From assembly GCA_964016885.1 (NCBI GenBank), contig OZ024740.1, positions 20,770,001 to 20,834,000 of the forward strand: 64,000 nucleotides of DNA. The letters run 5' to 3'. Origin of the DNA: Eledone cirrhosa. Lineage: Eukaryota. Position numbers and translations under genes: made by a program. The first letter of the stretch is position 1; each line of letters begins with the position of its first letter. Positions 24,580 to 37,258 of this stretch are shown here, piece after piece. Below the pieces are notes generated by a model, which saw only the letters and a list, made by a program, of their open reading frames with translations, had not been told where the DNA came from and did no database searches.

Positions 24580-25950
24580 ATATGTGTCTATATAGGTATA
24601 TGTCTGTGTATATATGTGTCTGTATAGGTATATGTCTGTATATATATGTGTCTGTATAGTTATGTCTGTATATATATATATATATGTGTCTGTATAGGTA
24701 TATGTCTGTGTATATATATATGTGTCTGTATAGGTATATGTCTGTATATATATAAATATGTGTCTGATGATATGGGATCGATTGTGCATTGGATATCGAA
24801 TGCTCTACTAAATATATAATATTATAGATGTAGCGAGATCTAGGCAAATTGATGTCTATTGAAACGTACGTAAGAACCGAATAAATCTCTTTTACTGCAT
24901 CTTTCTGTTCTTTTTAATTCTTTATATATATATATATATATATTATATATATGTGTGTGTCTGTATAGGTATATGTCTGTATAGGTATATGCCTGTGTAT
25001 ATATATGTCTGTATAGGTATATGTCTGTGTATATATATATATATATATATGTGTCTGTATAGGTATATGTCTGTGTATGTGTCTGTATAGATGTATGTCT
25101 GTATATATATATATGTGTCTGTATAGATATATGTCTGTATATATATGTGTCTGTATAAGTATATGTCTGTGTATATGTGTGTCTGTATAGGTATATGTCT
25201 GTGTATATATATATGTGTGTGTGTCTGTATAGGTATATGTCTGTATAGGTATATGTCTGTGTATATATATATGTGTGTGTCTGTATAGGTATATGTCTGT
25301 ATAGGTATATGTCTGTGTATATGTGTCTGTATAGATATATATCTGTATATATATGTCTGTATAGGTATATGTCTGTGTATATGTGTGTCTGTATAGGTAT
25401 ATGTCTGTATATATATGTGTCTGTATAGATATATATCTGTATATATATGTCTGTATAGGTATATCTCTGTATATATGTGTCTGTATAGATATATGTCTGT
25501 ATACATATGTGTCTGTATAGGTATATGTCTGTATATATATGTGTCTGTATAGGTATATGTCTGTGTATATGTGCCTATATAAGTATATGTCTGTGTATAT
25601 GTGTGTCTGTATAGGTATATGTCTGTGTATATGTGCCTATATAAGTATATGTCTGTGTATATGTGTGTCTGTATAGGTATATGTCTGTGTATATGTGCCT
25701 ATATAAGTATATGTCTGTGTATATGTGTGTCTGTATAGGTATATGTCTGTGTATATGTGCCTATATAAGTATATGTCTGTGTATATGTGTGTCTGTATAG
25801 GTATATGTCTGTGTATATGTGCCTATATAAGTATATGTCTGTGTATATGTGTGTCTGTATAGGTATATGTCTGTGTATATGTGCCTATATAAGTATATGT
25901 CTGTGTATATGTGTGTCTGTATAGGTATATGTCTGTGTATTATAGGTATT
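24580..25950. repeat. Minisatellite (gtctgtataggtatat-based) becoming a regular 62-bp higher-order unit at ~25560-25940
   Basis: Repeating ctgtgtatatgtgcctatataagtatatgtctgtgtatatgtgtgtctgtataggtatatgt. Confidence 0.9.
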
Positions 25951-26119
25951 TGACTGTGTGTATGTGTCTATATTGCTATATGTCTGACTATCTGTTTGTC
26001 TATACGTCCATGTATGTAGGTGGTCGGCTGATTGGTAGAAGCGGTTAGTAGGTCGTTATGGTTGATAGCTAGATTGGTAGGTTGTTAGTTCATAAATAGG
26101 TTGTGATTGCTTTGCAAGA

Positions 26120-28085
26120 AGAGTGATAGGTGGGTAAGTTGCTAGGTGGGGGGTGGGGGGTAAAGTTGCTAGGTGGGTAAGTTGCTAGATAGGAGGTTAA
26201 GTTGATAGGTGGTTAAGTTGATAGGTGGTTAAGTTGATAGGTGGGGAAGTTGCTAGATAGGAGGTTAAGTTGATAGGTGAGTAATTTGATTGGTGGGCAA
26301 GTTGATAGGTGGATAAGTTGATAGGTGGGCAAGTTGATAGGTGGGTAAGGTGATAGGTGGGGAAGTTGCTAGATAGGAGGTTAAGTTGATAGGTGAGTAA
26401 TTTGATTGGTGGGCAAGTTGATAGGTGGATAAGTTGATAGGTGGGCAAGTTGATAGGTGGGTAAGGTGATAGGTGGGGAAGTTGCTAGATAGGAGGTTAA
26501 GTTGATAGGTGGGTAATTTGATTGGTGGGCAAGTTGATAGGTGGATAAGTTGATAGGTGGGCAAGTTGATAGGTGGGTAAGGTGATAGGTGGGGAAGTTG
26601 CTAGATAGGAGGTTAAGTTGATAGGTGGGTAATTTGATTGGTGGGCAAGTTGATAGGTGGATAAGTTGATAGGTGGGCAAGTTGATAGGTGGGTAAGGTG
26701 ATAGGTGGGGAAGTTGCTAGATAGGAGGTTAAGTTGATAGGTGGTTAAGTTGATAGGTGGTTAAGTTGATAGGTGGTTAAGTTGATAGGTGGGGAAGTTG
26801 CTAGATAGGAGGTTAAGTTGATAGGTGAGTAATTTGATTGGTGGGCAAGTTGATAGGTGGATAAGTTGATAGGTGGGCAAGTTGATAGGTGGGTAAGGTG
26901 ATAGGTGGGGAAGTTGCTAGATAGGAGGTTAAGTTGATAGGTGGTTAAGTTGATAGGTGGTTAAGTTGATAGGTGGGGAAGTTGCTAGATAGGAGGTTAA
27001 GTTGATAGGTGAGTAATTTGATTGGTGGGCAAGTTGATAGGTGGGGAAGTTGATAGGTGGGTAAGGTGATAGGTGGATAAGGTGATAGGTGGGGAAGTTG
27101 CTAGATAGGAGGTTAAGTTGATAGGTGGGTAATTTGATTGGTGGGCAAGTTGATAGGTGGATAAGTTGATAGGTGGGCAAGTTGATAGGTGGGTAAGGTG
27201 ATAGGTGGGGAAGTTGCTAGATAGGAGGTTAAGTTGATAGGTGGGCAATTTGCTAGATAGGTGGGTAAGTTGCTAGGTGGATAAGTTGCTAGAGATGTGG
27301 GTAAGTTGATAGATAGGTGGGTAAGTTGATAGGTGGGTAATTTGATTGGTGGGTAAGTTGCTATGTCGGTAAGTTGCTAGATAGTTCGGTAAGTTGATAG
27401 GTGGTAAGGAGATAGGTGGGCAAGTTGATAGGTGGGCAAGTTGATAGGTGGGTAAGTTGATAGGTGGGTAAGTTGGTAGGTGGGTAAGTTGCTAGATAGG
27501 TAGGTGGGTAGGTAAGTTTCTAGATAGGTGGGTAAGAAGCTAGGTGGGTAAGTTGCTAGATAGGTAGGTAAGTTGATAGTTGGGTAAGCTGCTAGATAGG
27601 TGGGTAAGTTGCTAGGTGGGTAAGCTGCTAGATAGGTGGGTAAGTTGCTAAATAGGTGGGTACGTTGCTAGGTGGGTAAGTTTCTAGATAAGTGGGTAAG
27701 TTGCTAGATAGGTGGGTAAGTTGATAGGTGGGCAAGTTGATAGGTGGCTAGGTAAGTTGCTAGATAGGTGGGTAAGTTGATAGGTGGGTAAACTGCTACA
27801 TAGTTGGGTAAGTTGCTAGATAGGTGGGTACGTTGCTAGGTGGGTAAGTTGCTAGATAAGTGGGTAAGTTGCTAGATAGGTGGGTAAGTTGATAGGTGGG
27901 TAAACTGATAGATAGGTGGGTAAGTTGCTAGGTGGGTAAGTTGCTAGATAGGGGGGGGGGTAAGTTGCTAGGTGGGTAAGCTGCTAGATAGGTGGGTAAG
28001 TTGCTAGGTGGGTAAGCTGCTAGATTGGGGGGGGGGGTAAGTTGCTAGATATCTGGGTAAGTTGCTAGGGGAAGGTAGGTTGCTA
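26120..28085. repeat. G-rich 16-bp minisatellite (aagttgataggtgggN) with 116-bp higher-order repeats
   Basis: Visible periodicity; the near-identical minus-strand ORFs ending 26448, 26564 and 26680 are spaced 116 bp apart. Confidence 0.92.
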
Positions 28086-29049
28086 GACAGGTTAGAAGGC
28101 CGATAGACAAGTGGTTGGCTGGAAGAATGGAATGTAACTAGAGGATGAGTATTGAAAGACTCGATTAACAGAACAGCTTAATTATGAAATTAACATGCAA
28201 GCAGGTCTGGATTTAATGGGAAGAAAAGGGGTAAATTATCCTGGGTCCCCTGCAGTGAGAGACCTCACCAGCGATGGCCGTAGCAATTTATTTGTGCCCT
28301 CAGCTGGTCTTTTTAGTTTTAGGATGGTTATAATTGTTTTAATTCAATACCTGTCTGTATAACTTTTCAATTCCAATTACTTGCACCAAGCTAACTTTGA
28401 TATGTAAAATTGGGGGAAAGGGGGTGGGGGCTGTGTATTCTAATTTGTTGTGTATGAGGGGCCCCCAAACCTGAAGTGACCCCCAAGGTCTAAATTCAAA
28501 CCCGTACCTCTAATGTAATTCTTATGTAAACTCAGCTTCATATGTGTGACAAGGGTACCCCTTTGCATTACAGAAACAGTCCATCTGACAGGCTTCTAAA
28601 CAATTTCTGCCTATCCAATTTTACTTACAAGATTTGAATTGACCCGCGGTTATGGTAAATGTCACGTGTGTACTTGTGGTGGCGTTCACACGGGGTCGGT
28701 TGATTCGAAGGAATTTACGGTATAAATTTATTTCAATGGAGTTTCTTCGGGCAATTGGTTTCACAAGCTGTGTCCAGCAGGTATATTCACTTTAGGATAA
28801 TGCCATCCAAGCATTGCATTGGTTGGTGGAGCCAGTACCGTACTGGGACACATGGGAGGGAGTTTGGCTGGCAGAGGTGGTAAACACAACCTATTTGAGC
28901 CATTTTGTAGGCCAGCAGGAGTTCACCCCACTGTCCATCTCAAGCTTACCGACCCTCGGCACCAAATGACACGTACCCAAGATGTAATACAGTAGGATGG
29001 AAATCAGAATATTATGTTAGCTAAGAAATCTTCTTAACAATTCAGCCGT

Positions 29050-29880
29050 CAAGAGATGGTTGGTAGGTTGTTGGTACCACTTGATAAGTTGGTGGTTGGT
29101 AGGTTGTTTGTACCACTTGGTAAGTTGGTGGTTGGTAGGTTGTTGGTAGGTTGTTGGTACCACTTGGTAAGTTGGTAGTTGGTAAGTTATTGGTAGGTTG
29201 TTGGTACCACTTGGTAAGTAGGTGGTTGGTAGGTTGTTGGTAGGTTGTTGGTAGGTTGTTGGTACCACTTGGTAAGTAGGTGGTTGGTAGGTTGTTGGTA
29301 GGTTGTTGGTACCACTTGGTAAGTTGGTGGTTGGTAGGTTATTGGTAGCTTGTTGGTACCACTTGGTAAGTAGGTGGTTGGTAGGTTGTTGGTAGGTTGT
29401 TGGTAGGTTGTTGGTACCACTTGGTAAGTAGGTGGTTGGTAGGTTGTTGGTAGGTTGTTGGTACCACTTGGTAAGTAGGTGGTTGGTAGGTTGTTGGTAG
29501 GTTGTTGGTAGGTTGTTGGTACCACTTGGTAAGTAGGTGGTTGGTAGGTTGTTGGTAGGTTGTTGGTACCACTTGGTAAGTAGGTGGTTGGTAGGTTGTT
29601 GGTAGGTTGTTGGTAGGTTGTTGGTACCACTTGGTAAGTAGGTGGTTGGTAGGTTGTTGGTACCACTTGGTAAATATGTGGTTGGTAGGTTGTTGGTAGA
29701 TACCACTTGATAAGTAGGTGGTTGGTAGGTTGTTGGTAGATACCACTTGATAAGTAGGTGGTTAGTAGGTGGTTGGTACCACTTGATCAATAGGTGGTTG
29801 GTAGGTTGTTGGTAGGTGGTTGGTACCACTTCATAAATAAGTGGTTGGTAGGTTGTTGGTACCACTTGATAGCTGATTGG
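29050..29880. repeat. Minisatellite of ggtaggttgtt (11 bp) interspersed with ggtaccacttggtaagt
   Basis: Direct inspection; the ORFs here are repeat translations. Confidence 0.9.
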
Positions 29881-31305
29881 TTAGTAAGCTTCATTTTTAT
29901 ATATTTGTTTTTATTTGTATTTCATGGTTTTCTTGACAAACTTCCCTACCAAACTTACAAAGGAGTTTATCTAGTTGTTGTGTTTAGCCACAGACCAGAC
30001 ACCATCAATATTTTGAAGCTATAGATATCGCGTCTGTAGCTTCATCATTATGTAATATATCATTCCTGTTATTTTTTCTTAAAAACTGTTGAGTATGATT
30101 TGAGAGAAATTTGGTTGCTATTTTTAGCAGGTCAAGCGACTCCGTAGAGTTCTTTTTTAAACTCGATATACAATTTCTCTTTGGTATTTATGTGTTACAG
30201 TGGACAATGTTTTGTCTATTCTACATTTACCTTTTAAACTATATTATTGGTATAGTCTACCTTAGCTTTAGGTTAACCAAAATGTTGTGTAGGAAATTTG
30301 GTAGACTGAAACAATGTGGAAGACCGTTGGAGGAACCATTCTTCTCGTTGCGTGGTAGTTGACAAGAAACGTATTTTTTGTTTCTAACAAAGAGACTCAT
30401 CAAGCTGGAACATCACCTATCAGCAACTGTAACTGTATATTTTCAAAACAGGACTGTACAGCGACGAGAGACTGACACAGTGACACACACTTCATTGTTT
30501 CCCAAGATATATCGAAGCTAGCATTATAACTCTTTGGCTGGGACGCTAGTCCCTTCATAAGGTTAATCCTAGATACTGTTAATGGTACTCATTTCCCCAG
30601 ATGAGTTGACTGAAGCAGCATTAAATGCACCGTAGTCTCAGGAGATGGAATACACAACCATATGATCCTGAACCCAACACGTTAACCACTTAGCCAATGA
30701 AGTCTACCTTAATGGTAGACTAATCCAAATAGGCTGTAGTTGGAAATCTGTCTGATATTTAGCATTACGGTGACAATTTCGGACATATTTCGGTCTAATT
30801 AGACCTTTTCAGAAAAGCATTGTTTTCTCATTACTTTCTAGATCTAAATTCATTAACATATAGAAGCTCTGAATATTAGTCCATTGATAGTCATGAAGGC
30901 AGGTTTTCTTCTGCAAGTGTTTGTTGTTATGGTGACTGATGTAGAGTCAGTTTGTTGCCAAACTGGGTTTATATTCAAAGACATCGCCTGATGATTATCC
31001 CCTCCCCACACCAACAAAAAAACATCTCTAACAATCTCAATCATTTGATTATTCTATTATCTTCTCGTCTATTTGATGAGTTTATTTCTGGTCTCTAATG
31101 ACCAGTGTAGGTCTTAACATAACAATACAGCACAGAAGACACTAATTGCACAGAAGCCATCTGCATCTTTTACATTTCAGATATGCTGCAATATTATTTC
31201 TTTGTTCTCAGAGTCGCCAGATCAATTTCATAGAAAAGCAGTTTGAAATTTCATAAACTAGAACATTATATTATAAACTAGCCTACAACAAAAATTATAT
31301 ATAAT

Positions 31306-31605
<300 letters not shown>

Positions 31606-31843
31606 TTATATATATATATATATATATATATAAACAAAATCTAAAATTTTAACTCTTCGTATTATTAATTTTTATTAATTTTTATTAATATTAATCAACA
31701 TTTGAAAAGATGGCTTTTGCAGACCCATCGAAACCGGTCATTTTTTATACCCTTTATTATTTCCTTACCTTATAGAATTATATGTTTTTTCACAAAAAAG
31801 TATTCTGTCTCTTATATATTCCATGTGCCATTACCAACCTCAA

Positions 31844-31951
<108 letters not shown>

Positions 31952-32082
31952 CGAAGGAAATGTGGTAAGGAACCAGGTGGACCATATATATATATATCAA
32001 AGGTATATATTGAGTTAGGAACGAACTCAAAATAGTCTCTTACAACAAATAGCTCTAAGAAAGAGATATTTCCGAGCCGTAT

Positions 32083-32268
32083 ATTATAATTGAATATAAA
32101 AGAAAAACGAACACAGATATATACATATATGCGTTCAAATTGTAAGGGACCAGATTCGTTAAGGTAAAAAGTTAGTATTCTTTTCACCTTAGCGAATCTG
32201 CTCCCTTACGATTTGAACGCATATATGTATATATCTGTGTTCGTTTTTCTTTTATATTCAATTATAAT
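32083..32268. repeat. ~185-bp imperfect palindrome next to (TA)n
   Basis: attataattgaatataaaagaaaaacgaacacag...aaggt matches its reverse complement ...ctgtgttcgtttttcttttatattcaattataat. Confidence 0.85.
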
Positions 32269-32272
32269 TATA

Positions 32273-32322
<50 letters not shown>

Positions 32323-32331
32323 TATATATAA

Positions 32332-33250
32332 CTACCAGTAAAGCCCGACTTTGCTCGGGGCTGCTCAGTAGCTGTGTTAAAGTTACAATGTTAAGTTCCT
32401 TTCTTGGCTTAAAAACTGTAGAGTCTACAGTGTAGACTTTCATGTGGTACTTTTGATTAATATTCCCTCAACCAACAGTATGCCTTATGAAGTTAAGAAA
32501 ACATAACCATAACTCGAATGTTAAAACAAAAGAGGATGCTGGGAATAAAAACTGCACTGGTAATCTATTAACAAAAATCGAAAATGTAAACACAGCAACA
32601 CTTGTCTCAGAGAAAAACAGCAGCGTAACCAAACTATCAGTTATTTTGAAACAAAGAAATTGGATGGACGTGAACCCCCCCCCCCCCCCCCCAAATGCAA
32701 TTTTATCGCCTATATCACCTCTCTCCGCAACTGTATGTCTGCACAACTTTATCTCCTATATCACTTCTCTGCACGACTGTCTGTCTACATGCCTCCATCG
32801 TCTATCAGCCCGACTGTCTGTCTGCACAACTTTATCGCCTATATCACCTCTCTGAACGACCGTCTGTCTGCACAACTTTATCGCCTATAGCAGTAAAGCC
32901 CGGCGTTGCTCGGGGCTGCTCAGTAGCTGTGTTAAAGTTACAATGTTAAGTTCCTTTCACATTCATCTGTAGAACAAACGTAGCCCATGTGAAAATGTAG
33001 TTTTGTGAAAATCGGTTGCGAACTCCAGAAGTTATGACGTTTTGTTGCATTGCACTGCAGTGCTTCAGTCGACTCCAAGAAAGTGGTTAAAGGGGGTTAT
33101 CTGCCGGGAGGCGCTATAATCAATATCTGGAAAAATGAAAGTGCCCATGACCATACGGAGTACATAAGTAACCTATGTCTTAAGTTTGGTGAAAATACTC
33201 TAGAAATGCATAAGGCTTACACACACACGCGCGCGCGCGTGTGTGTTTTT
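32332..33250 (-). mobile_element. Non-autonomous Helitron-like element with a duplicated 3' hairpin end (~32335 and ~32888)
   Basis: Minus strand gccccgagcaa(cg/ag)(c/t)cgggctttactg(g/c)ta hairpin end appears twice, similar to the Helitron ends at 35128 and 42561. Confidence 0.55.
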
Positions 33251-33479
33251 ATGTATATGTATGTGTATGTCCGTCGGCGCATACGTATGTACTGGTCTAA
33301 ATCTTCACTATTTACTTTTACTATTTTAAGGCAAAGTTAAAATCCCGTCGAGGTTAACTTTGCCTTTCATCCTTACGGGGTTGATAAAATAAAGTACCAG
33401 TAATGTACTGGGTAATTGCTGGCCTTGTGCCAAAAGTAGAAACAACTATTTTAATAACCTCTGTCCTTTTCGTTTACAA

Positions 33480-33805
33480 TTTTATTTACATCATTCTTAA
33501 ACTCCGGTGCTGGAAATCATTCGGTTATTTTAAATAGAATATTAGTCTAACGACTCCATTTACACCATAAACTTGGTCTTGTCTTCGCATGAAATTTTTC
33601 TTCTCGGTCCACATAACGACGTATTATCCTCGCTTTTTTTTCGTTCATTGCCAGGGAACGTCTTCACGAACCAAAATATCGTCTTCCTGTTTTCCTTCGG
33701 TTGCAACGTTTCTCGAAACATTTAATTCTGCGTTCACAGATTGAATTTTTTAATTTAAGAAGATCCCGTTAAGGGTGAAAGCAGCGATTCTTTGCTTAAA
33801 GTTTC
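33480..33805 (+). mobile_element. Diverged PLE 3'-end fragment; similar pieces at 34525-34855(+), 42565-42682(-) and 20270-20402(-)
   Basis: Homologous to 40580-41044, including the agatcccgttaagggtgaaagcagcgattctttgcttaaa motif. Confidence 0.8.
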
Positions 33806-35127
33806 TTTCTTTCTCAACCTCCTCCCTTTTTTCTCATACCCTCTCTCTCTCTCTTTCTCTCTCTCTCTCACTCATACCCCCTCTCTCTCTCTTCCTCTAC
33901 AGAATGGAGAACAATAAAGAACGCGCAGATCTCTCTCTCTCTCTCTCTCTCTGATTATCTTGTACCTCTCTCTGTATAACGACCTATCTCACTCTCCCAC
34001 TCTACATCTCCCTTTCTCTCTTTAGATGTATATGTATATATGTGTGTGTGATATATATATATATATAGAGAGAGAGTTTCAACATGTATGTAGTTTCATA
34101 GATTTTTTAGGGCAGTAGTGAGAGGAATTAAGCGTGTAAGAGAGAGGGTTACAGCATGTATTTAGTTTTATCGATTTTGTTTTCATAGAAGCAGGAACAT
34201 TTTGGTAGATTTAGAGCACATTGAAAGAAAAATCATCAAAATCGGTAGAGAAATGTGGAAATGCATAAAGATCATACACACACACAGACAGACATCTTCC
34301 GTTTTATATATATAGAGAGATTATGTAATAAACAACATAAGACAATTATTCCATTTAACATAAGACAATAAACAACATAAGACAATTATTCCATTTAACA
34401 TAAGACAATAAACAACATAAGACAATTATTCCATTTAACATAAGACAATTATTCCAATTATTCCATTTACCAAATAATTACATAAGAGAATGCAACTAGA
34501 AATATATACACACACGTTCAACTAATTTATTTACATGATTCTTAACTCCGAAGCCGAGAATCATTCGGTTTCCTAAATAGAATATTAGTCTAATGACCCC
34601 TTTTATACCATAAACGTGGTTTTGTCTTTGCGTGTATTTGTTCTCACCGCTCCACATAACGACGTATTATCTTCGCTTTTTTCCGAACATCTTCACGAAC
34701 CAAAGTATCGTCTTCCTGTTTTCCTTCAGTTGCAACGTTTTTCGAAATATTTACTTCTGCGTTCACAGATTGATTTATTTTAGATTCAGAAGATCCCGTT
34801 AAGGGTGAATGTAGCGATTCTTTGCTTAAACTTTAATCTGTTATTTTAATAAATTAATATATATATAAATATAATATGAGTTTTTCGAATATTAATAATA
34901 ATATTCAATTCGTTTACAATTATGCAAACAGCCTCATTTTAAAAGCCATCTCAGTCGAATGAGCCACTACAGACACTAATGTCTCTGAGTATTACTCAGA
35001 AACATTAGTGCCTGCAGTTCTGTTTACATGCCAACACAAGAGCAAGAATCAAGGGTTCATTTTACTGACAAGGCTTTAAAAATAAGGCTGTTTACATAAT
35101 TGCAAACGAATCGAATATTATTATTAA

Positions 35128-35639
35128 CTAGCAGTGGTACCCGGCGTTGCACGGGATAAGGTATTGTGAAATATATAACCGCCTTAGCTAAGCTGAGTAT
35201 TGCCACAACTACGGCTGGCAAAGATGTAAGGGTCTGGTGGTACGTAAGTAAACAACACTGTGGCTTAAAATGTGAGGAAGTTGTGTGCACTTACCAACTG
35301 TTTGGGGAATGAGTGTGAGATTTGTCTTGAGCAAGGGTGGCAGAATAACCGGAGGCAGCAGACAGCCAGACAAACAGACAGATATTATAAGGGCGCGACG
35401 TTATATGTATGTATCTATCTAAAAAGAGAAAGACTAAGAATTATATAGAGAGATCGCTAAATCGCCTAATGCAGTCCCTAGGGCATTGAAAATTTGAAAT
35501 TGTTTTGGCTCAGAACACTCTCTGAAACATAAGTATTACATATGTAAAGTTTGAAAACAGTCGGTTGGGTGCTTCTCTAGTTTTAGGGATTCAAAGTCAC
35601 ACACACACAGACAGACATCCTCAGTTTTATATATATAGA
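35128..35639 (-). mobile_element. Complete ~510-bp non-autonomous Helitron
   Basis: Minus strand starts TCtatatatataaaactg and ends cccgtgcaacgccgggt..CTAG. It sits at an A|T site with no TSD, and the rejoined flanks match an empty-site paralog at ~36061-36120. Confidence 0.82.
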
Positions 35640-37258
35640 TATTCGAATACTCAGATTACATTTATTGTATTCAGCCATGTAGGGCGATTATTTAAAGAAA
35701 AATTTATTTGAATATGACAAAGCCGGCCATTGATTGTTCGTATACAGGAAAATAACTGGCCAGTCTGCTCATATGCAAACCTGGCTGATCAGTGGATCTG
35801 CTAATATGCAGATCTCACTGATCAGCCTGTCTGTTTATATGCAAATCAGGCCGATTAGTCACTGCATGTTTTAGGAAATATCATATATTTTCACTAGCTC
35901 TGACAATTGGCAGGTGAACAGTGAGCTGTACTGAGGAAGGGTAATACCCAGAAACATTAGTGTCTGCAGTTATGTTTACATGCCAACATAAGAGCAAGAA
36001 TGAAGGGTTCACTCTACTGACATGGCTTTAAAAATGAGGCTTGTTTGCATAATTACAATTAATCGAATGTTATTATTAATATTAGAAAAACTCAGATTAC
36101 ATTTATTGTATTCAGCCATATAGAGCGATAGTTTGAAAAAAAATATTTTATATATATATATATATATATAGTAATAATAATAAAATTGAAGACTAAAATC
36201 CAAAGAGGGCTCGATAAGGAAAATATATATCAAATATATAAGAACCGTAGAGCAAATATTTATTAAAATAACAGATTAAAGTTTAAGCAAAGAATCGCTG
36301 CTTTCACCCTTAACGGGATCTTCTGAAACTAACAAAGTCAATCTGTAAACGCAGAACTGGATATTTGAAAAAACGTTGCAACCGGAGGAAGACAGGAAGA
36401 CGATACTTTGGTTCGTGGTAACGTTCGCTGGCAAAGAACGGGAAAAAACGAATAATACGTCATTAATGGGAGCGGTGAAAAACAATTACGCGCAAAGACA
36501 AAACCACGTTTATGGTATAAAAGAGGTCGTAGACTAATGTTCTCTTAGGTGGTGCATAGAGACGTTCTCTGGCAATGAACGGAAAAACGAAGATAATAAG
36601 TCATATGTGGTGCGTGGAGAACAATAGCACGCAAAGACAAAACCACGTAAATGGTATAGCAGAAATCGTAGACTAAAATTCTAACTAGGAGACCAAATGA
36701 ATCTCCGCTACAGAGTTAAGAACAAAGTAAATAAATACAATACAGAAGTAATAGAAACAAATAAATACATACACGCAAACAGATACGTACATACACAAGC
36801 ATACGCAAAACCTTACCATGGGTATACAAAACCACGCACATATAAATATGTTTGTGTGTGTATGCTTGTGTACAAATAAATAAATAATTATATAAACGTA
36901 TATAAGTAAATAAATACGTATATAACAAGCGCACACGCATACCTACATATAAATACACGAATGTTCGGAGACGTAAGTCAACTAAAACAAGAAGTACACA
37001 TATACACACACCCACCATACGTACGAACCTGCACACTCACGCGGACACAAAACTCCCGTATACACATAGCCAAACCCTAAATACCAGAATATGTAAAAAT
37101 TATACGCTATAACAGTCAAATATACGTACGAGAAGGTATACATACCTTCACAAAACATACGGGTAATATATACTTACCTATGCAAATAAGTAAAGGAATA
37201 AACAAAACATATACTTAGCTCCCACATCAAGACGTAAAATATCCACGTATAGATCGTG

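Noticed and set aside
28560-31270. Possible host exons in less repetitive stretches (28560-28970, 30780-31270)
   Set aside because: No recognisable protein motif or convincing spliced frame; RNA-seq or homology search would be needed.
31697-31745. HHR-like ttgaaaa-gatgg..ccatc-GAAA-ccgg-tc; similar half-motifs at ~13875-13910(-) and ~47210-47250(-)
   Set aside because: The CUGANGA core is mutated or truncated and stem I is not supported; probably decayed HHRs, not called as ribozymes.
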